A DNA stretch of 64,000 nt, from NCBI GenBank assembly GCA_043228905.1, contig JBHGNT010000007.1:4464001-4528000 (forward strand), written 5' to 3'. How positions within the stretch are numbered: position 1 is the first letter of the stretch; each line of letters starts with the position of its first letter. Positions 39,701 to 52,161 of this stretch are shown one piece after another. The position numbers and the translations under genes are program-made. Below the pieces are notes generated by a model. The model was not told the origin of the DNA, did no database searches, and saw only the letters and a program-made list of their open reading frames with translations. The DNA comes from Azolla caroliniana (taxonomy: Eukaryota > Plantae > Polypodiophyta).

Positions 39701-42700
39701 TGCATCTGTACACGTAGATACATATGAATGTATATCAGGATTTTTACACTTGATATGATCACTGCATCTGGACAGACTATGCACACACCTCTGAGGTAGA
39801 TGTAACATATTATGTTATGCTTTTCTTGTCCTGTTAGATATTTAATGAAGATAATCTCTTTTGTTGAGTAAAAAAATGTTCCTTCATGTCTATAAAGGTA
39901 TGATAGTAATGTATTATGTAATTGCCATGTTCTTGAATGCATTCATACTCTGCACGTTCTTATGAATCTGTGACGGCAATGTCAGTATATTCTCTTTTCT
40001 TGAGGAAGCGAATGATAATTGCATGCCTATAAAGGCACTAATAGGAATCCATCACACAATTGACACATTTTTTAATGCATTCATACTCTTTCTATGCTTA
40101 TTCATAACGCTCTTACAAATCTAGCATGCAATCCTATTCTATGATTCCCAAGGCTTAAAACCATTTTCCAAGAAGTTATACAGACATTGAAACAGACATT
40201 TTGTCACTGTCTTGAGATAGATTGCCTCTCTCCATTTACTGCTTATGTGGATCACGTGCCACTTACATGGTTTCCTTATCAGAACTTCTGTACACTCAAC
40301 ATTGGGCACAGTGGGTGCATTAACCCCAGCTACCATCACTGAAACATTTATTCTGTTTTCTGTTGATGCTCTTGGGTTTTCCATTTGGATTTTTGGTTAC
40401 GTAATTCAAAGATAAAGGATTCAATAATGTTTGTCTGTTTCTCATAACGTGGAACTATCTGCAATGTTGCAATGATGCAATAGTTTCAGCAGCTGATGTC
40501 ATTCAAGCAAGTATTGGAGACGGACTATCATTCTATGTTTCATACTTTTTCTCAGTTAGACTTGTACATGCAGCTATGTCAACTATAGTGGACCCCCATA
40601 GTTTTACAAACTGATCCTTGTATCATGGAGCTATATTTAGTTTAATGATATTTTAATAGTTTTACGAATCATTTTTTGATGTGATAGAAGTCCAGCATTG
40701 TACATCTTCACTGTGTCGGGTACATTTGTATGGCCGTGGAGATATAGTATGGTGTATGTTAATACCAAAAAGTGTGTTTTCCAAGGAGGTATATCATTCT
40801 CAATTTAGAACAGTGATCATGATCAGGATTATGGAGGAGAGGGAGAAATGGCATTAACGCGCAGTGTTATTTGCATCTTTCTACAAATGCTTTTGATATT
40901 ACTGAGGTGAGTTCATGCTCTATGTAACATACTTTCTTCAGTTTTCTTCATTGTGCTTACACACTTGTATGCAAGGGCCTGTATGTCTTTGTACAAATAT
41001 TTTAAACGAAATGCTTGAGAAAAGTTAGATTGCTAATGAACAAATACATATGTTTTTGTGCTATTGATGAAAAGATGGTTGTGGAAATGGGCTGTCTAAA
41101 AAGATTGAGTTTCGCAGGCTGGTGCTCCGCCCCAACCAGAATTCAATAGGGCTGTAGAAAAACGTTTGGATTCTAATTGGCTCTCTGAAGTATTTGAGAC
41201 CTCAGCTCTTGTAAGAACCACCTTTTTTCTTTGCACGTTATCAATGTTTCTTGTATGGTCTTCATCAGGCATAATGTTTGTGCAGATTATTCCGTTGTTA
41301 GGAACCAAAAATTTGGTTAAATGTGAGGAACCTGTCTTTTTATCATCTGCAAGCTTTTCAACAAGGAAATTTACAGATATGGGATGTCTTAGCAAACCTA
41401 TCTTCTTGGGTTTAGCGCAAGATACAAATCAACCAATTTTTGCAGTTGATATCAGTACATTTTCCAGGTATAATGTTACGAAATGAATAATGTTATGGGA
41501 AATCAGTTAGGATAGCTTTCACGCATCAAGATGAAACATGCACTTTTTGCCTATGTGAACAGTACAGATCTAAATGCACTGCGAGGGCTAGAAGGAACTG
41601 AATGGGTAGATCTTCGTCGGTATGGATCACAATTACCCATTGCTGATGCTGGCCTTTTGGCGTATGCCAGGGGGATGGTGGAATGGCACAGGAGAAATGT
41701 TAGAAAATTTTTGCATCCCTAAAATAAGTAGATCCCTTATTATTGGAAGAGATGCAATTTAATCTTGCATATTCATTTAAGGAGGACTCCAAAATATCTG
41801 AATTTTATCTGGTTCTCCAAATGCAACCGAGTTTCTGCTATTTCTCCAAATGCTTTTGTCTTCGGCACTTGTTTATGCTATTTGACCAATTCATTCCTTT
41901 GCTCTCAATTATATCTTGTATTTGAGCAGTTATATGCCTACTTCATCCCTTTTTCTCTTTCTGCGGTTGACAAGGGCATTTGAGAAATAAAGAATAGTTG
42001 GGGGCATTTACTGGAATTGACTATAGTCAAGGTTCATTTACTGGGCTCGTTATGTTTCTCTACATCACATTCTCAAATGCTTCAAGTTCATCTTCTAGAT
42101 ATATGATTATATCATATTCTGATGATTTTAAAGAGTAGTAATAAACTACCCCCCACGAGGCATGTTTGGAAAAGTCAGTAACCATAGATGACCTGGCGAC
42201 ATATCATTCATGCCTGAAAATGAGTAGCAGCACATATGCCAATGTAGTAAATAATTTTTTATGGCATTTATGAATCAGTATAAACATGTGGAGGCACATC
42301 TGGCAGAATAAATCTTATACACCTTAAGTTTATCCCTTTCATATGTTCAACTTTGTCCCTCTATAAATTGATTTTCAGTTTGTTTCTTTGTTCACTGATT
42401 GAAATGTTTTACTTAAGTCCCTCAGAAATATCATACTATAATTAAAAATAGAATGCATTGGTCTCCATTTGGAGTTAGAAATTCTGTGGCCACTGTTGAG
42501 AAAATGGAGTCAGAGGAGGTCACGACTTGCAATGCTCCTACTTTGTTTTTTGTTCATTGATTGGAAGTTTTTATTTAGTCTCTTTGAAATATCATATTTT
42601 AATTAAAATAGAACATATTTGGTTTCCATTTGGAATTAGAAATTCTGTGGCCATTGTGGTGAGAAAATGGAGCCAAAAGGAGGAGGTCACAACTTGCAAT

Positions 42701-45700
42701 GCCGCTCTACATCATGTGGAACTTCTGCCTATCCTCGACTGGTTGGATTTCTTCAATTTGTATTCGTAACATCTCCATACAATCAATATGAAATAACTGT
42801 AAATAATTACAATGCTGTACCTAGAGTGTGAAGTAAAGATTTATACTGTTCTATTGAAATTCTCCATTTGTCTTTTGTATGGCGATGTTATATCACATTT
42901 GAAATGCAAAAGGGTTATGTCCTTTGATTTGAATTCCTACTTAACATGAGTAATATCTGTTACGTCTATCCAGGATCCAGCAATTATAGTACTCGTTACC
43001 TGTGGTGACTTTGTCCTCCTTGGTAGACAGGTAATTCCAGTGTGAATAAAACTCAATAACTAGTCATTGTTATGGTGTAGAGTCTAGATTACGTACTTTA
43101 TTTCCCTATTCTCGAGCTTGTTAGTAGTTTTCTGTTCAACATAAACTGTTATAATCTTTGTTAGGTCTCATAGCCCATTGTGATCTTTTAGAGAAAATTA
43201 ATATTTTTTTCTTTCTTTCATATTCTTTTTGCAATACTAGTTTCCAAAGATGCTCATTTTTTTTTCTCAAGCTGATTATCTTCTCAATTCTTGAATGAAC
43301 AAGTTGTAGAATAACGTTTATTGTTTTTTATTAAGGTTCATTTCAATATATACACACATATACAATTTTATGTACCTATCTATGTATAAATGCATATATA
43401 ACACAATTGTATGTACGTATATATGTGTATGTATATAACACTGGAAATAGGTAGAGAGGTTAGGTACCTTAATTGTGCTGCCTGGGGTTAATAGAACAAC
43501 TATTTCAAAATATCTGATTCTCAATGGTGTGCGTATGGACACTGTATATAAATTATTGCTGGTCCCTGATGCCCTTTAGTGAGCTTTTCTTCCTTTTCCT
43601 GTATCATGGAGATGACTCCTATAATATCAAATTTATACCCAAATGTCTATTAAAATAGGATATGCTAATCTAACTTTCTAAAAGAAATGGGGAGAGATAA
43701 AAAGAGAGGGAGAGATATAGACATAATCAACATTTTGTTTGTAAGCAGAGCAAGTGGGATGAAGGTCGCTACTCTTTGTTGGCAGGATTTGTGGAGGTTG
43801 GGGAGACATTTGAGACTGCTGCTGCAAGGGAAGTACATGAAGAGGCTGGTGTACATCTAGAGCATAAAACTATCAGGCATGGTGCTTGTCTTTGAAATTA
43901 GTTTTTGGATGTGTCAAGTAAATTCAACTTGTTGCACAATAGTTTTAATATCAAAGCAGCTATGCATTGAATGTATTTTTGTAGCAGTGTACACTGATTG
44001 AGCAAGCCTTTTAATTGCATTAATTCTATATCCAGGTATATTGCAAGTCAGCCCTGGCCATTTCCATCATCTTTAATGGTCGGATTTATTGCATCAGCAA
44101 AACACAAACTTGACATGTCAAAGCTACATTATGAAATGCCAGATGATGTGGTTCCAGTCGGTATTCAGGGTCTCAATATTTTGAGACAGCAAAGGAGCCT
44201 TCCCGACATTTTTGTTGATATGAATGAGCTTGAGGTACTAACTTTATGATTTGTTTTAAACTTTTTATATGATTTAAGAGTGAGAGTATACATTGGTTTT
44301 ATTTACCATGCTCTCGATTTTGGAAAACAGAAACAACAATGTTTCTTCCTTAATTTGATCTCTGTTATAGTTTAATTTTTATTGTTTGTTTATGGTATCA
44401 TCTTGGAGTGGCCAATGTTGAAGATCTTTTGAAGTTTCAGCCTATCTAAGTTCAGATCTTAAGAACTTAAACCAGATTCTTTAGTACCCAATATTAATTA
44501 GTTTTATTCTGGTTTGTTGTTCTCAAAGACGAAAAAATATATTTAGATGTAATCGCTTGTTTTCATAGGCCATTTTGGCCTTTTAAAAGGCCTTAATATA
44601 TCCTTTTTTCTCCATCTGATTGAAACTATTTTCTTATCTATTACTTAATCTTCGTGTGCAGCAAGAGTTTTGATGTGTTTTGGATTTACCGTTGTCACGA
44701 CTCTGTGATTACTGTGGCCTACTTATTGCCTATTTATAACCTAGGGCAACACAACTCTGGGTTTAAATCTTATTTTTTACAGGAATAAGTAATTTATATC
44801 ACCTAATCTACTGTTATAGGATGCCAAATGGATTCATAAAAGTTTCTTGCATGTAATCCTCCAAGGCACACAACCTGCTGGTACTAAATTTAGTGTACCT
44901 GGAAAGCATGCCATTGCACATTTCCTCATGAGAGAATGGATTGCTCGTGATAAGAAAATTGAATGGGCAGGAAATCAACTTTCTACTACTGAGATTGATG
45001 AAGGTTTGTCCAGATTATACAATACTATCCAATTTATAGCAAATTTTTAAGCATGAATTCTAATTCAACTGACTTATGTATTTGATATTCACAAGTGTCC
45101 CCATTCTTTACAATTTCAGGGGTTTTCAAGTATGTTCTTGCTCGTGTATATGATGATCATGGGAATGAGAAATTGGTAATTGATCTCTTTCTAGTTCAGT
45201 CAGATTTATATTCTACTACCTCCCAATACAAATCTTGTTATCATATAAGGTCTGACTGGGGTAATGTCTTTGGTCTCATACACCCTTAAACCTTTCAGAG
45301 ACCTTAATATAACATTTGATCTCTTCTGTCTATTGCGCTCTTTTAATAAAACCATCTAATACTGCAAAAAGACATACTTTTTTTTGAGCAAATTTAATTT
45401 CTATGTTGAAAGATATTCTAAATTTATTCCTTCCCAATAGGTGTTACAGAATCTGATTTTGATATAAGGAAAAGAATTAGAGGTGAAATGCGTAGAGATA
45501 GGAAATGACATCAAAGGCAAAGACTCTCTGCTGGGCTGACACTGACAGTGTGTGATGATCTAATGTTGTATTGGAAGTTTTTGGAACCATCCTAGGATGT
45601 GTGAAGTTACCCATTGCAGATTTTCTTTGTTACCATCTATGATGAAATGTTGGCTACAATTATTATTGTATATATTCATTCCTTTTCCTCTTAGATATAA

Positions 45701-48679
45701 AAGGCTTTTGCGATTTTTGATACACAAACCTTTTTTTAATGCTCTCTTTGTCTCTTTGCTCGCCTTTGTTGGTGAAGGTGGCATAGGAAACTAGCAATGA
45801 AGAGTTTATTCAATATTTTGTGTAACTTTTTGAACTGCACTTATTTATTTTCTGTATTCTTGTGGAGCTCAAAGTGTTCGAACATACATATATTTGTTGG
45901 ATGGAATTATGAATACTTGGCTTAGGATGTTACTGTTTTTTTCAGCTAATCTTGCACATCTTTCTGATAATAGAATTCTATATTGTCAGATTGTGCGCGG
46001 TGATAAGAAGTTTTCCTTTCATGGTGAAATATTGAACAATATCAAGGGAGAACTTCAAGATATGCAACTCCAGGTATAACCTTAACCTTGTCCTATCGAA
46101 CACAAATTCACCATAAAATCTTGATATATGTGATGAAAAAGCTTGATTCATGTAAGCACAATGAGGAAGGATTGAAACATGAACTTGTATAGAAAAAACG
46201 CTCTAAACTGCCTAGGGTGATCGCTAACAAATATTATTGGTAGAGGGAGGGATGTGCCCAAAGATTAGCACCTCATACGTCTCCAATAGTTGTCATGAAA
46301 ACATTGCATGGATCTATGGTGCTCTAGAATTCTTCACTGCCAATTGTTGGATGTCACCTTTCCATGGATGTCATATTATATTCCTCCCTTAACACTCCCT
46401 TTTGTACCTTATTTCAACGTGTCAAACGTCTTTACATATGAGATAATATGTGAACTCCAACATATACTTTTCATACATAAACTTTAGCAGATGCTGGAAG
46501 ATCTCTTCTTGTTAAATCATCTAGTTAGCTGCTTTTGATTTCCGAAAGTAAAAGTCACGCAATTGGAGATTGTATATGCTTCAAAATCAGTAAATAAACC
46601 TGCAGGTGTAGCTATTCTAAAGGACTTGGTCACACAATTGACCCCATATTACAGAGAGTGCCACATACAAGAGAAGAATCATGCTAAATAGGAAATAATA
46701 TTGTATCCAAATGAAGAGGTGGTAGACAAAACCAAAATCGATTATTTACTGAACATTATTTTGCTTTTGAATTCACATACCTTCATTGGATCATTCATTT
46801 TGAATCAAATAAGGTTGTGAAACCGATGGCAGCTTGTGTGCATTTCCATTTACCATGTTATATTTTAGTTTCTAGGGTGAACATTATTTGCTAACCTTCT
46901 GAGTGTTACATGCATTGTCAAGTCAACATAAACAGTTTCCACATAATACGTTCAAAGCCAACTTGATGTAATATGTATGAGTGTAGACACCACCTCTTGA
47001 CATGGATCATTCACTTTCCATCTTCATGAATTGTTCTACAAGATTAGACATTGTTGCTTTAGGTAAGATCCCCCTCTAGTTATACATTCATTTTTCACCC
47101 CTCATTCATCTTGTAAGTGCAAATCACCTTTCATCTAAGGGCTTGCTGGGATTTAATTTTTCTAATTCTTCCCTAGTTCGTGTCTTGTACTATCTTATAT
47201 GTGCAGAGCAATTCATTAGTTTATATCCTTGTGCTATTGAGGAACTTACTAGAGATTGATGCAAAGTAATTAACTCTTTGTGGATCTTTCATGCTAGCTA
47301 CCTTTGTGGTTATATAACCATTGTTATCCAGTTGACCCACCAACAGAATGATTGTGCAAATGAAGTGCCTTTAGCAAAGCATAAGTTGATATCGGTGACA
47401 ACTACAATGTTGCGTTCATGATCATTCCCCAATTTCGTGCTACTAGTTGATGGAAATGCAACTACATATCAGCCACCCTCTGCCCTTGGCCCTGGCTCAA
47501 AAAATAAGGATCTGGGGGAACGGATCTGCCAGTTATGCCATCTAGGAGTGGAATCAGGGGAATATCATGTTTGCCATAGTGCGTTCTCTGTTAATTGTGA
47601 GGCTGATATGTCATTGTTTTATGAAATGAGGGGAAATATTGCCTCCGCATCACACATACTGCTTTCTCTGTTAATTGTGAGGCTGATATAACCGAGATTC
47701 TGAATTTTCTGAGTCCCTTTCCTGAATGGATTTCTCCCCTCAGTTAGGATGTATGGATATTCATGCAACCTTCTTCCTCAGAACTGAACTAGAGACATTG
47801 GTTGACTCATCATTGTAATAGAATATAAAGGACAACAATGCCTGGGGCTGTTTTACTGGAAATCAACAGGCATAGAAAGATGTTAAAAAACAATCACATT
47901 ACAAAGTCAAATCATCAACCTGCATTACAAACCCAAATTACCAAAGAACTCTAATAACCTTCTTCAAATTACCCTCCCACTCCATGACTGCAGTATCTAC
48001 AGGGGTCATAATAGATTGAACAATAAAATTTGGCATGCATACAGCCTTGAATAAAAAAATAATATTTATTATCAACCCAACTCTGAAGATGATTTCCTCG
48101 CTTTGGATAACACCTGGCTTGGGCTGGTTTAGATGGTCAACCAAAGGCTTAAGGGATCACTATACGTTGGCAGTTTCCCTCCAAGATTAGACATTGTTCA
48201 GATGTGACCTCTTGTTTGGCGTCATGCATTTCCTCGTAGTTAAATGATCCTGTGGCTGTCAAGCAAGCTACTATTCTCGAGCTGTCATGCATCTCCTAGT
48301 CATTTGTCCTTGTGCTGCAGTGGTCATTTAAGTTTTGTAATGTCATGTTGTGACTTGTGCACTATGTAATTACTTGTTTTAATATGACAAATGTTACTTT
48401 TACACAGCACGAGCTATTTTATAATAATATTTTCCTTTCTCAGAATTAATGTGTATTTCTGTCTTTCTATATACCAATATGTTCCTTTCAGTTAAATTAT
48501 AATAATGGCATTTTTTTTCTCAGAAAATATTGTGTATATATATATATATATAGCTATTGTTATATGTCTGTGTCTTTATTTGTTTTTCTATAGATGGATA
48601 GATATAGACTAACAGATTTGATGGTAAAAGCAATTCACCATTAGAAACATACAGGACAGCTGCATAAATTCATACAGAC

Positions 48680-48720
<41 letters not shown>

Positions 48721-48975
48721 TCTATAATGCATGTCGTTTTATTTATAGATCAATAAATAAATATAAAATGACAGATCTGATGGTAAAAATAGCATGACGG
48801 TTTGCAGGTAGAAGTGTTGGGCGGTGGACGAATAAAACATGTCCCAAGTGAATATCTGATTCATGTGTATGGATTCTCACAAGCTTTTGGAAGAGCAAAT
48901 CATGAAGTTACTGCAGCTCTCTTACGACAGCGGTATCCACTGCATAAAGTTTCTTTATCATGGGATGGATACTAA
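36726..48975 (+). CDS. Fusion protein: N-terminal transit peptide + NudC-type NADH pyrophosphatase (Nudix, zinc finger) + C-terminal PHPT1/Janus-Ocnus phosphohistidine phosphatase domain; 13 exons, 520 aa
   Basis: join(36726..36819,40827..40906,41118..41210,41286..41467,41563..41698,42640..42741,42974..43030,43749..43876,44036..44234,44820..45003,45120..45175,45990..46073,48808..48975) = 1563 nt with all phases matching. Motifs: EWHRRNKFCGHCG...CRSTSCGTSAYPRLDPAII, Nudix box GFVEVGETFETAAAREVHEEAGV, SQPWPFPSS, then EIDEGVFKYVL, IVRG..FHGEI, VLGGGRI.H, IHVYGFSQAFGRANH, SWDGY*. Exons 1-2 are less certain than exons 3-13. Confidence 0.88.
36988..37324. repeat. Near-identical ~174-bp tandem duplication in intron 1
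   Basis: tgtgttttgtttctcatggatcactaaagaaaagaagg...ggaaggaatatcttc occurs twice; it produces the repeated peptide in ORF 36964..37401. Confidence 0.93.
42380..42535 (+). pseudogene. Degenerate partial duplicate of exon 6 plus its upstream acceptor region
   Basis: ttagaaattctgtggccactgttgagaaaatggagtcagaggaggtcacgacttgcaatgc (42475-42535) parallels true exon 6 (42636-42702) with deletions; it reads KFCGHC then stop. Confidence 0.8.
47480..47700 (+). mobile_element. Short non-LTR retrotransposon C-terminal fragment in the last intron
   Basis: GERICQLCHLGVESGEYHVC...FYEMRG resembles the CCHC-type C-terminus (ERICxLC...E.E.H..C) of LINE ORF2 proteins. Confidence 0.55.
48677..48720. repeat. (CT)n-(CA)n microsatellite
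   Basis: Direct reading. Confidence 0.95.
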
Positions 48976-50629
48976 TCAACAAAAATCTGTGTAACAAAGT
49001 TCATATTTCATTCAATGACCATCTTAAACATGAGAATATTCTTAAGGTCAGTCAGACCCTTTGTTTCTCTGGTTTTAGTTCTTCAAAGTCTGTAAGGATT
49101 TTGTATCTTTGCATAGTAGCATCCATTATAGGTGAACAATTACTTTGTCTATTCTAACAAATATTGGGACTATAATAAAGGATAACTGCAGCCAAAGTTT
49201 GTATGTAGTAGAGTGGTAAATTCGACAGTCTTGTTGCAATGCCTTACACTTATATTTATATTTGTGGAGATTTAACCATTTGGTCAATAGTTAAATCCAT
49301 AAAGCATATGATGATCATTCTTTGGAAGCCTCAGTTTTTAGAGAGTGTGAAGGTAGATTTTTGTTTTTGTAAGAAGGATTTTGATTTATAATGCTTTCAC
49401 GACATACCTATTTCAGATGGAAGTTTGAATGTCTAAATGCCTTTGTCATATTTACTTTAATTATCAGCATGTGGGTCAGTCTTCCTTCTCCAACGAAGGC
49501 TGTCCCTCTTTTGATGAGACCATAAAGAAGAAATGCCTCAATGCCTCAATATATATAAAACATATTTGAAAGGCCGGCCAAAGCCTCCATATAAGAAAAA
49601 CAAATCAAGTGATTAGAGATTTTCTGAGGCTGGCTTCATCTCATCATCTTTATTCCCTGCCATCCTTTTGTTCTTGTTTCTACTCCATGCCTCAAAGCTT
49701 CTGCCTCAAATCACTTTCTTTTATTTGTTAGTTCCAACATGCAAATTTATAACCTTCATAGTCCATTTCAATCTTCTTTGGACTCCATTAGTGGATGAAT
49801 ATGTGGATGATTCCATACAAAGATGTCTTCAAATGAAGATAGTGATTAAGGCTTTGTTTTTTTCGTTGAAGGGTGATACGTTCATCATGTCAAAAGAAAT
49901 ATGAGTCATTCGCTAAGCTAAAGTTCCAAAAGCTATAACTACAATTACACATAAAGACAATTAAGTTGATAAAATATGCATATGTGTGTATATGTATGTT
50001 ACAATTTCAACATATCAAATTACCAATGAATACTTTGATGGTCGAGTATGATGATCTATTAATCATGCCCTAAGTTATGTGATCGATAATTGTATGCTTT
50101 TGACAATTAAGTTGATAAAATATACATGTGTATGTATATCTATGTTACAAATTCCACACATTAGAGAAATCATTGATTGTTACCAATGAACACTTTGATG
50201 GTCGAAAATAATGTCCCAATTATCATGCCTTGAGTTATGTAAACCAATAGTTATATGCTTCTCCACTTGGTTGTGAGATCTATAGAACTTCTAGCACATT
50301 GGAATGCATGGTGATGGAGTCGCTTGCATTGCTATCCCAAGAGGGATGTCTCAATCTTGAGATCTTTCTTCACAAATATATGAGAGTTCTTGGAACGCTA
50401 GAGTCCTTGTTTTCATTACGAGCAATGAATCCACATCATATTACTCCATCGAAGCCCATGGTGTCGATGCCGACTCTATGTCTATAAGGAAGAGACACTC
50501 AAATCTAACTCTCTAGGACTCTTCTTCAAATAATGGTAGTGGTGGAATGAGTGCCCAACACCAAATAGCACAAAACACATTCCATTTCACAAGTCACTCT
50601 CTTGCACTAATGTCATCTCCACCCTAAAC

Positions 50630-51595
50630 CTAAACCCTAACGATGAGATAGGGTGTAGAATACCACAACAGAACCATGGATACTATAGCCAGAACTTTGC
50701 CCCCAAGCAATATTGCAACCATGCATGTCAAGAGAGCACAGATGGGAACCCTCATCATCCTCTGCTCAAACTTGATAAGTGTGGAGACGGAGCTGATGAT
50801 GACTCGGAGAACCTTGTGGGCAAAGAATGCAGCAAATGATGGAGGGTGCGGATGAACTAGGGTTTCTTTCTCTTCACCATCAGGCAAAATTTGATGGGAT
50901 GGGCAGTGTTGAGGTATCATTATGGTGTTGCCAGTGTGTTGATTAGGGTTTGGATTAGGGTTGGGGTTAGCATGAGAGGAAGAAGAAGAAGAAGAAGAAG
51001 AAGCTCGAGGCATGGTGTCCATGATTGGAGTAGGGTTAAAATGAGAATTAGGGCTTGGGTAAGAATTGGGTTCATGGGTGGAGTTAAAATTACGGTTTGG
51101 GCTAGAATTAGGTTTAGTTTTATGTTTAGATTTTGGTTTAGAATTAGAAGTAGGGTTAAAATGAGAATTAGGGCTTGGGTAAGAATTGGGTTCATGGGTG
51201 GAGTTAAAATTACGGTTTGGGCTAGAATTAGGTTTAGTTTTATGTTTAGATTTTGGTTTAGAATTAGAATTAGAAGTAGGGTTTGGGTTAGGGATGGAAT
51301 GAGAAATAGGGCGGTTAGGGTTACGAATAGAATTAGCACTAGAATTTGGATAAGAATTAGGGTATGGGTTAGGAAGGAAAAGCTTTCCCTTTTCCTCCTC
51401 CTCCTTGTGTTTCATCAGTCTCATTCTCATCCTGCATAACACGGAATACTTCTTCTCCTGCTGCTGTGGATGCGTCTCTTCTTTTAATCCCTTCTTCGTC
51501 CTGTGGATAATCTCCATACCACCTGCATCTTCAGCTTCATGCTGCTTCCTAGTATCCCAACAAGATAGCTTAGAAAGGAAGCCACACATCATCAA
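50630..51595 (-). CDS. Single-exon low-complexity protein with C-terminal hydrophobic hairpin, At5g23160-like
   Basis: 321-aa ORF; N-terminal FLSKLSCW, N/P/S-rich middle, and C-terminal ICALLTCMVAILLGGKVLAIVSMVLLWYSTP, resembling the GK/R-x-x-AI-...-WY motif of that plant family. Family assignment is tentative. Confidence 0.65.
   Translation of the reverse strand: MMMCGFLSKLSCWDTRKQHEAEDAGGMEIIHRTKKGLKEETHPQQQEKKYSVLCRMRMRLMKHKEEEEKGKLFLPNPYPNSYPNSSANSIRNPNRPISHSIPNPNPTSNSNSKPKSKHKTKPNSSPNRNFNSTHEPNSYPSPNSHFNPTSNSKPKSKHKTKPNSSPNRNFNSTHEPNSYPSPNSHFNPTPIMDTMPRASSSSSSSSSHANPNPNPNPNQHTGNTIMIPQHCPSHQILPDGEEKETLVHPHPPSFAAFFAHKVLRVIISSVSTLIKFEQRMMRVPICALLTCMVAILLGGKVLAIVSMVLLWYSTPYLIVRV
51029..51269. 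repeat. Exact 120-bp (40-codon) tandem duplication within the CDS
   Basis: 51031-51149 is identical to 51151-51269. Confidence 0.95.
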
Positions 51596-51769
51596 ACAAA
51601 TCGTCCCAGAGCACAGAAATTCAGCAGAACTCTTCAGTGATAAAAAACATCTCCTCGGAACAGGGTAACAAATCTTTATACTTTTGCATAATTAATGGGT
51701 GGGTCCATCATCATCATCAACAACAACAACAATCATCAACATAATATAATGTGCAGTAGTATGCTTTTT

Positions 51770-52161
51770 CCATTGAAACATTTTTACAGCTATTAACCCT
51801 TTCTCAAGTCATTGAAAGCATGGTGCTTGACTTGACTTCCTTAGGCTTCCCCGATCGATCTTGACTTTCTTAGGCTTGCTCGATGGATCGATCCTTTTTG
51901 GTTCATGACCCTTTCTCAATTCATTGAAACATTTTTACAGCTATTAATCCTTTCTCAAGTCATTGAAACATTTTTACAGCTATTAATCCTTTCTCAAGTC
52001 ATTGAAAGCATGGTGCTTGACTTGACTTCCTTAGGCTTCCTCGATTGATCTTGACTTTCTTAGGCTTGCTCTATCAATCTTGGCCTTCTTAGACTTGCTT
52101 GATCGATCTTGACTTTCTTAGGCTTGCTCGATGGATCGATCCTTTTTGGTTCATGACCCTT
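51770..52161. repeat. Mosaic of short tandem and duplicated units upstream of the 50630..51595 gene
   Basis: cattgaaacatttttacagctattaa occurs 3 times; units like cttgactttcttaggcttgct occur about 6 times. Confidence 0.85.

Noticed and set aside
50891-51439. 182-aa Arg/Ile-rich antisense ORF
   Set aside because: Shadow of the hexamer-repeat coding region on the opposite strand.
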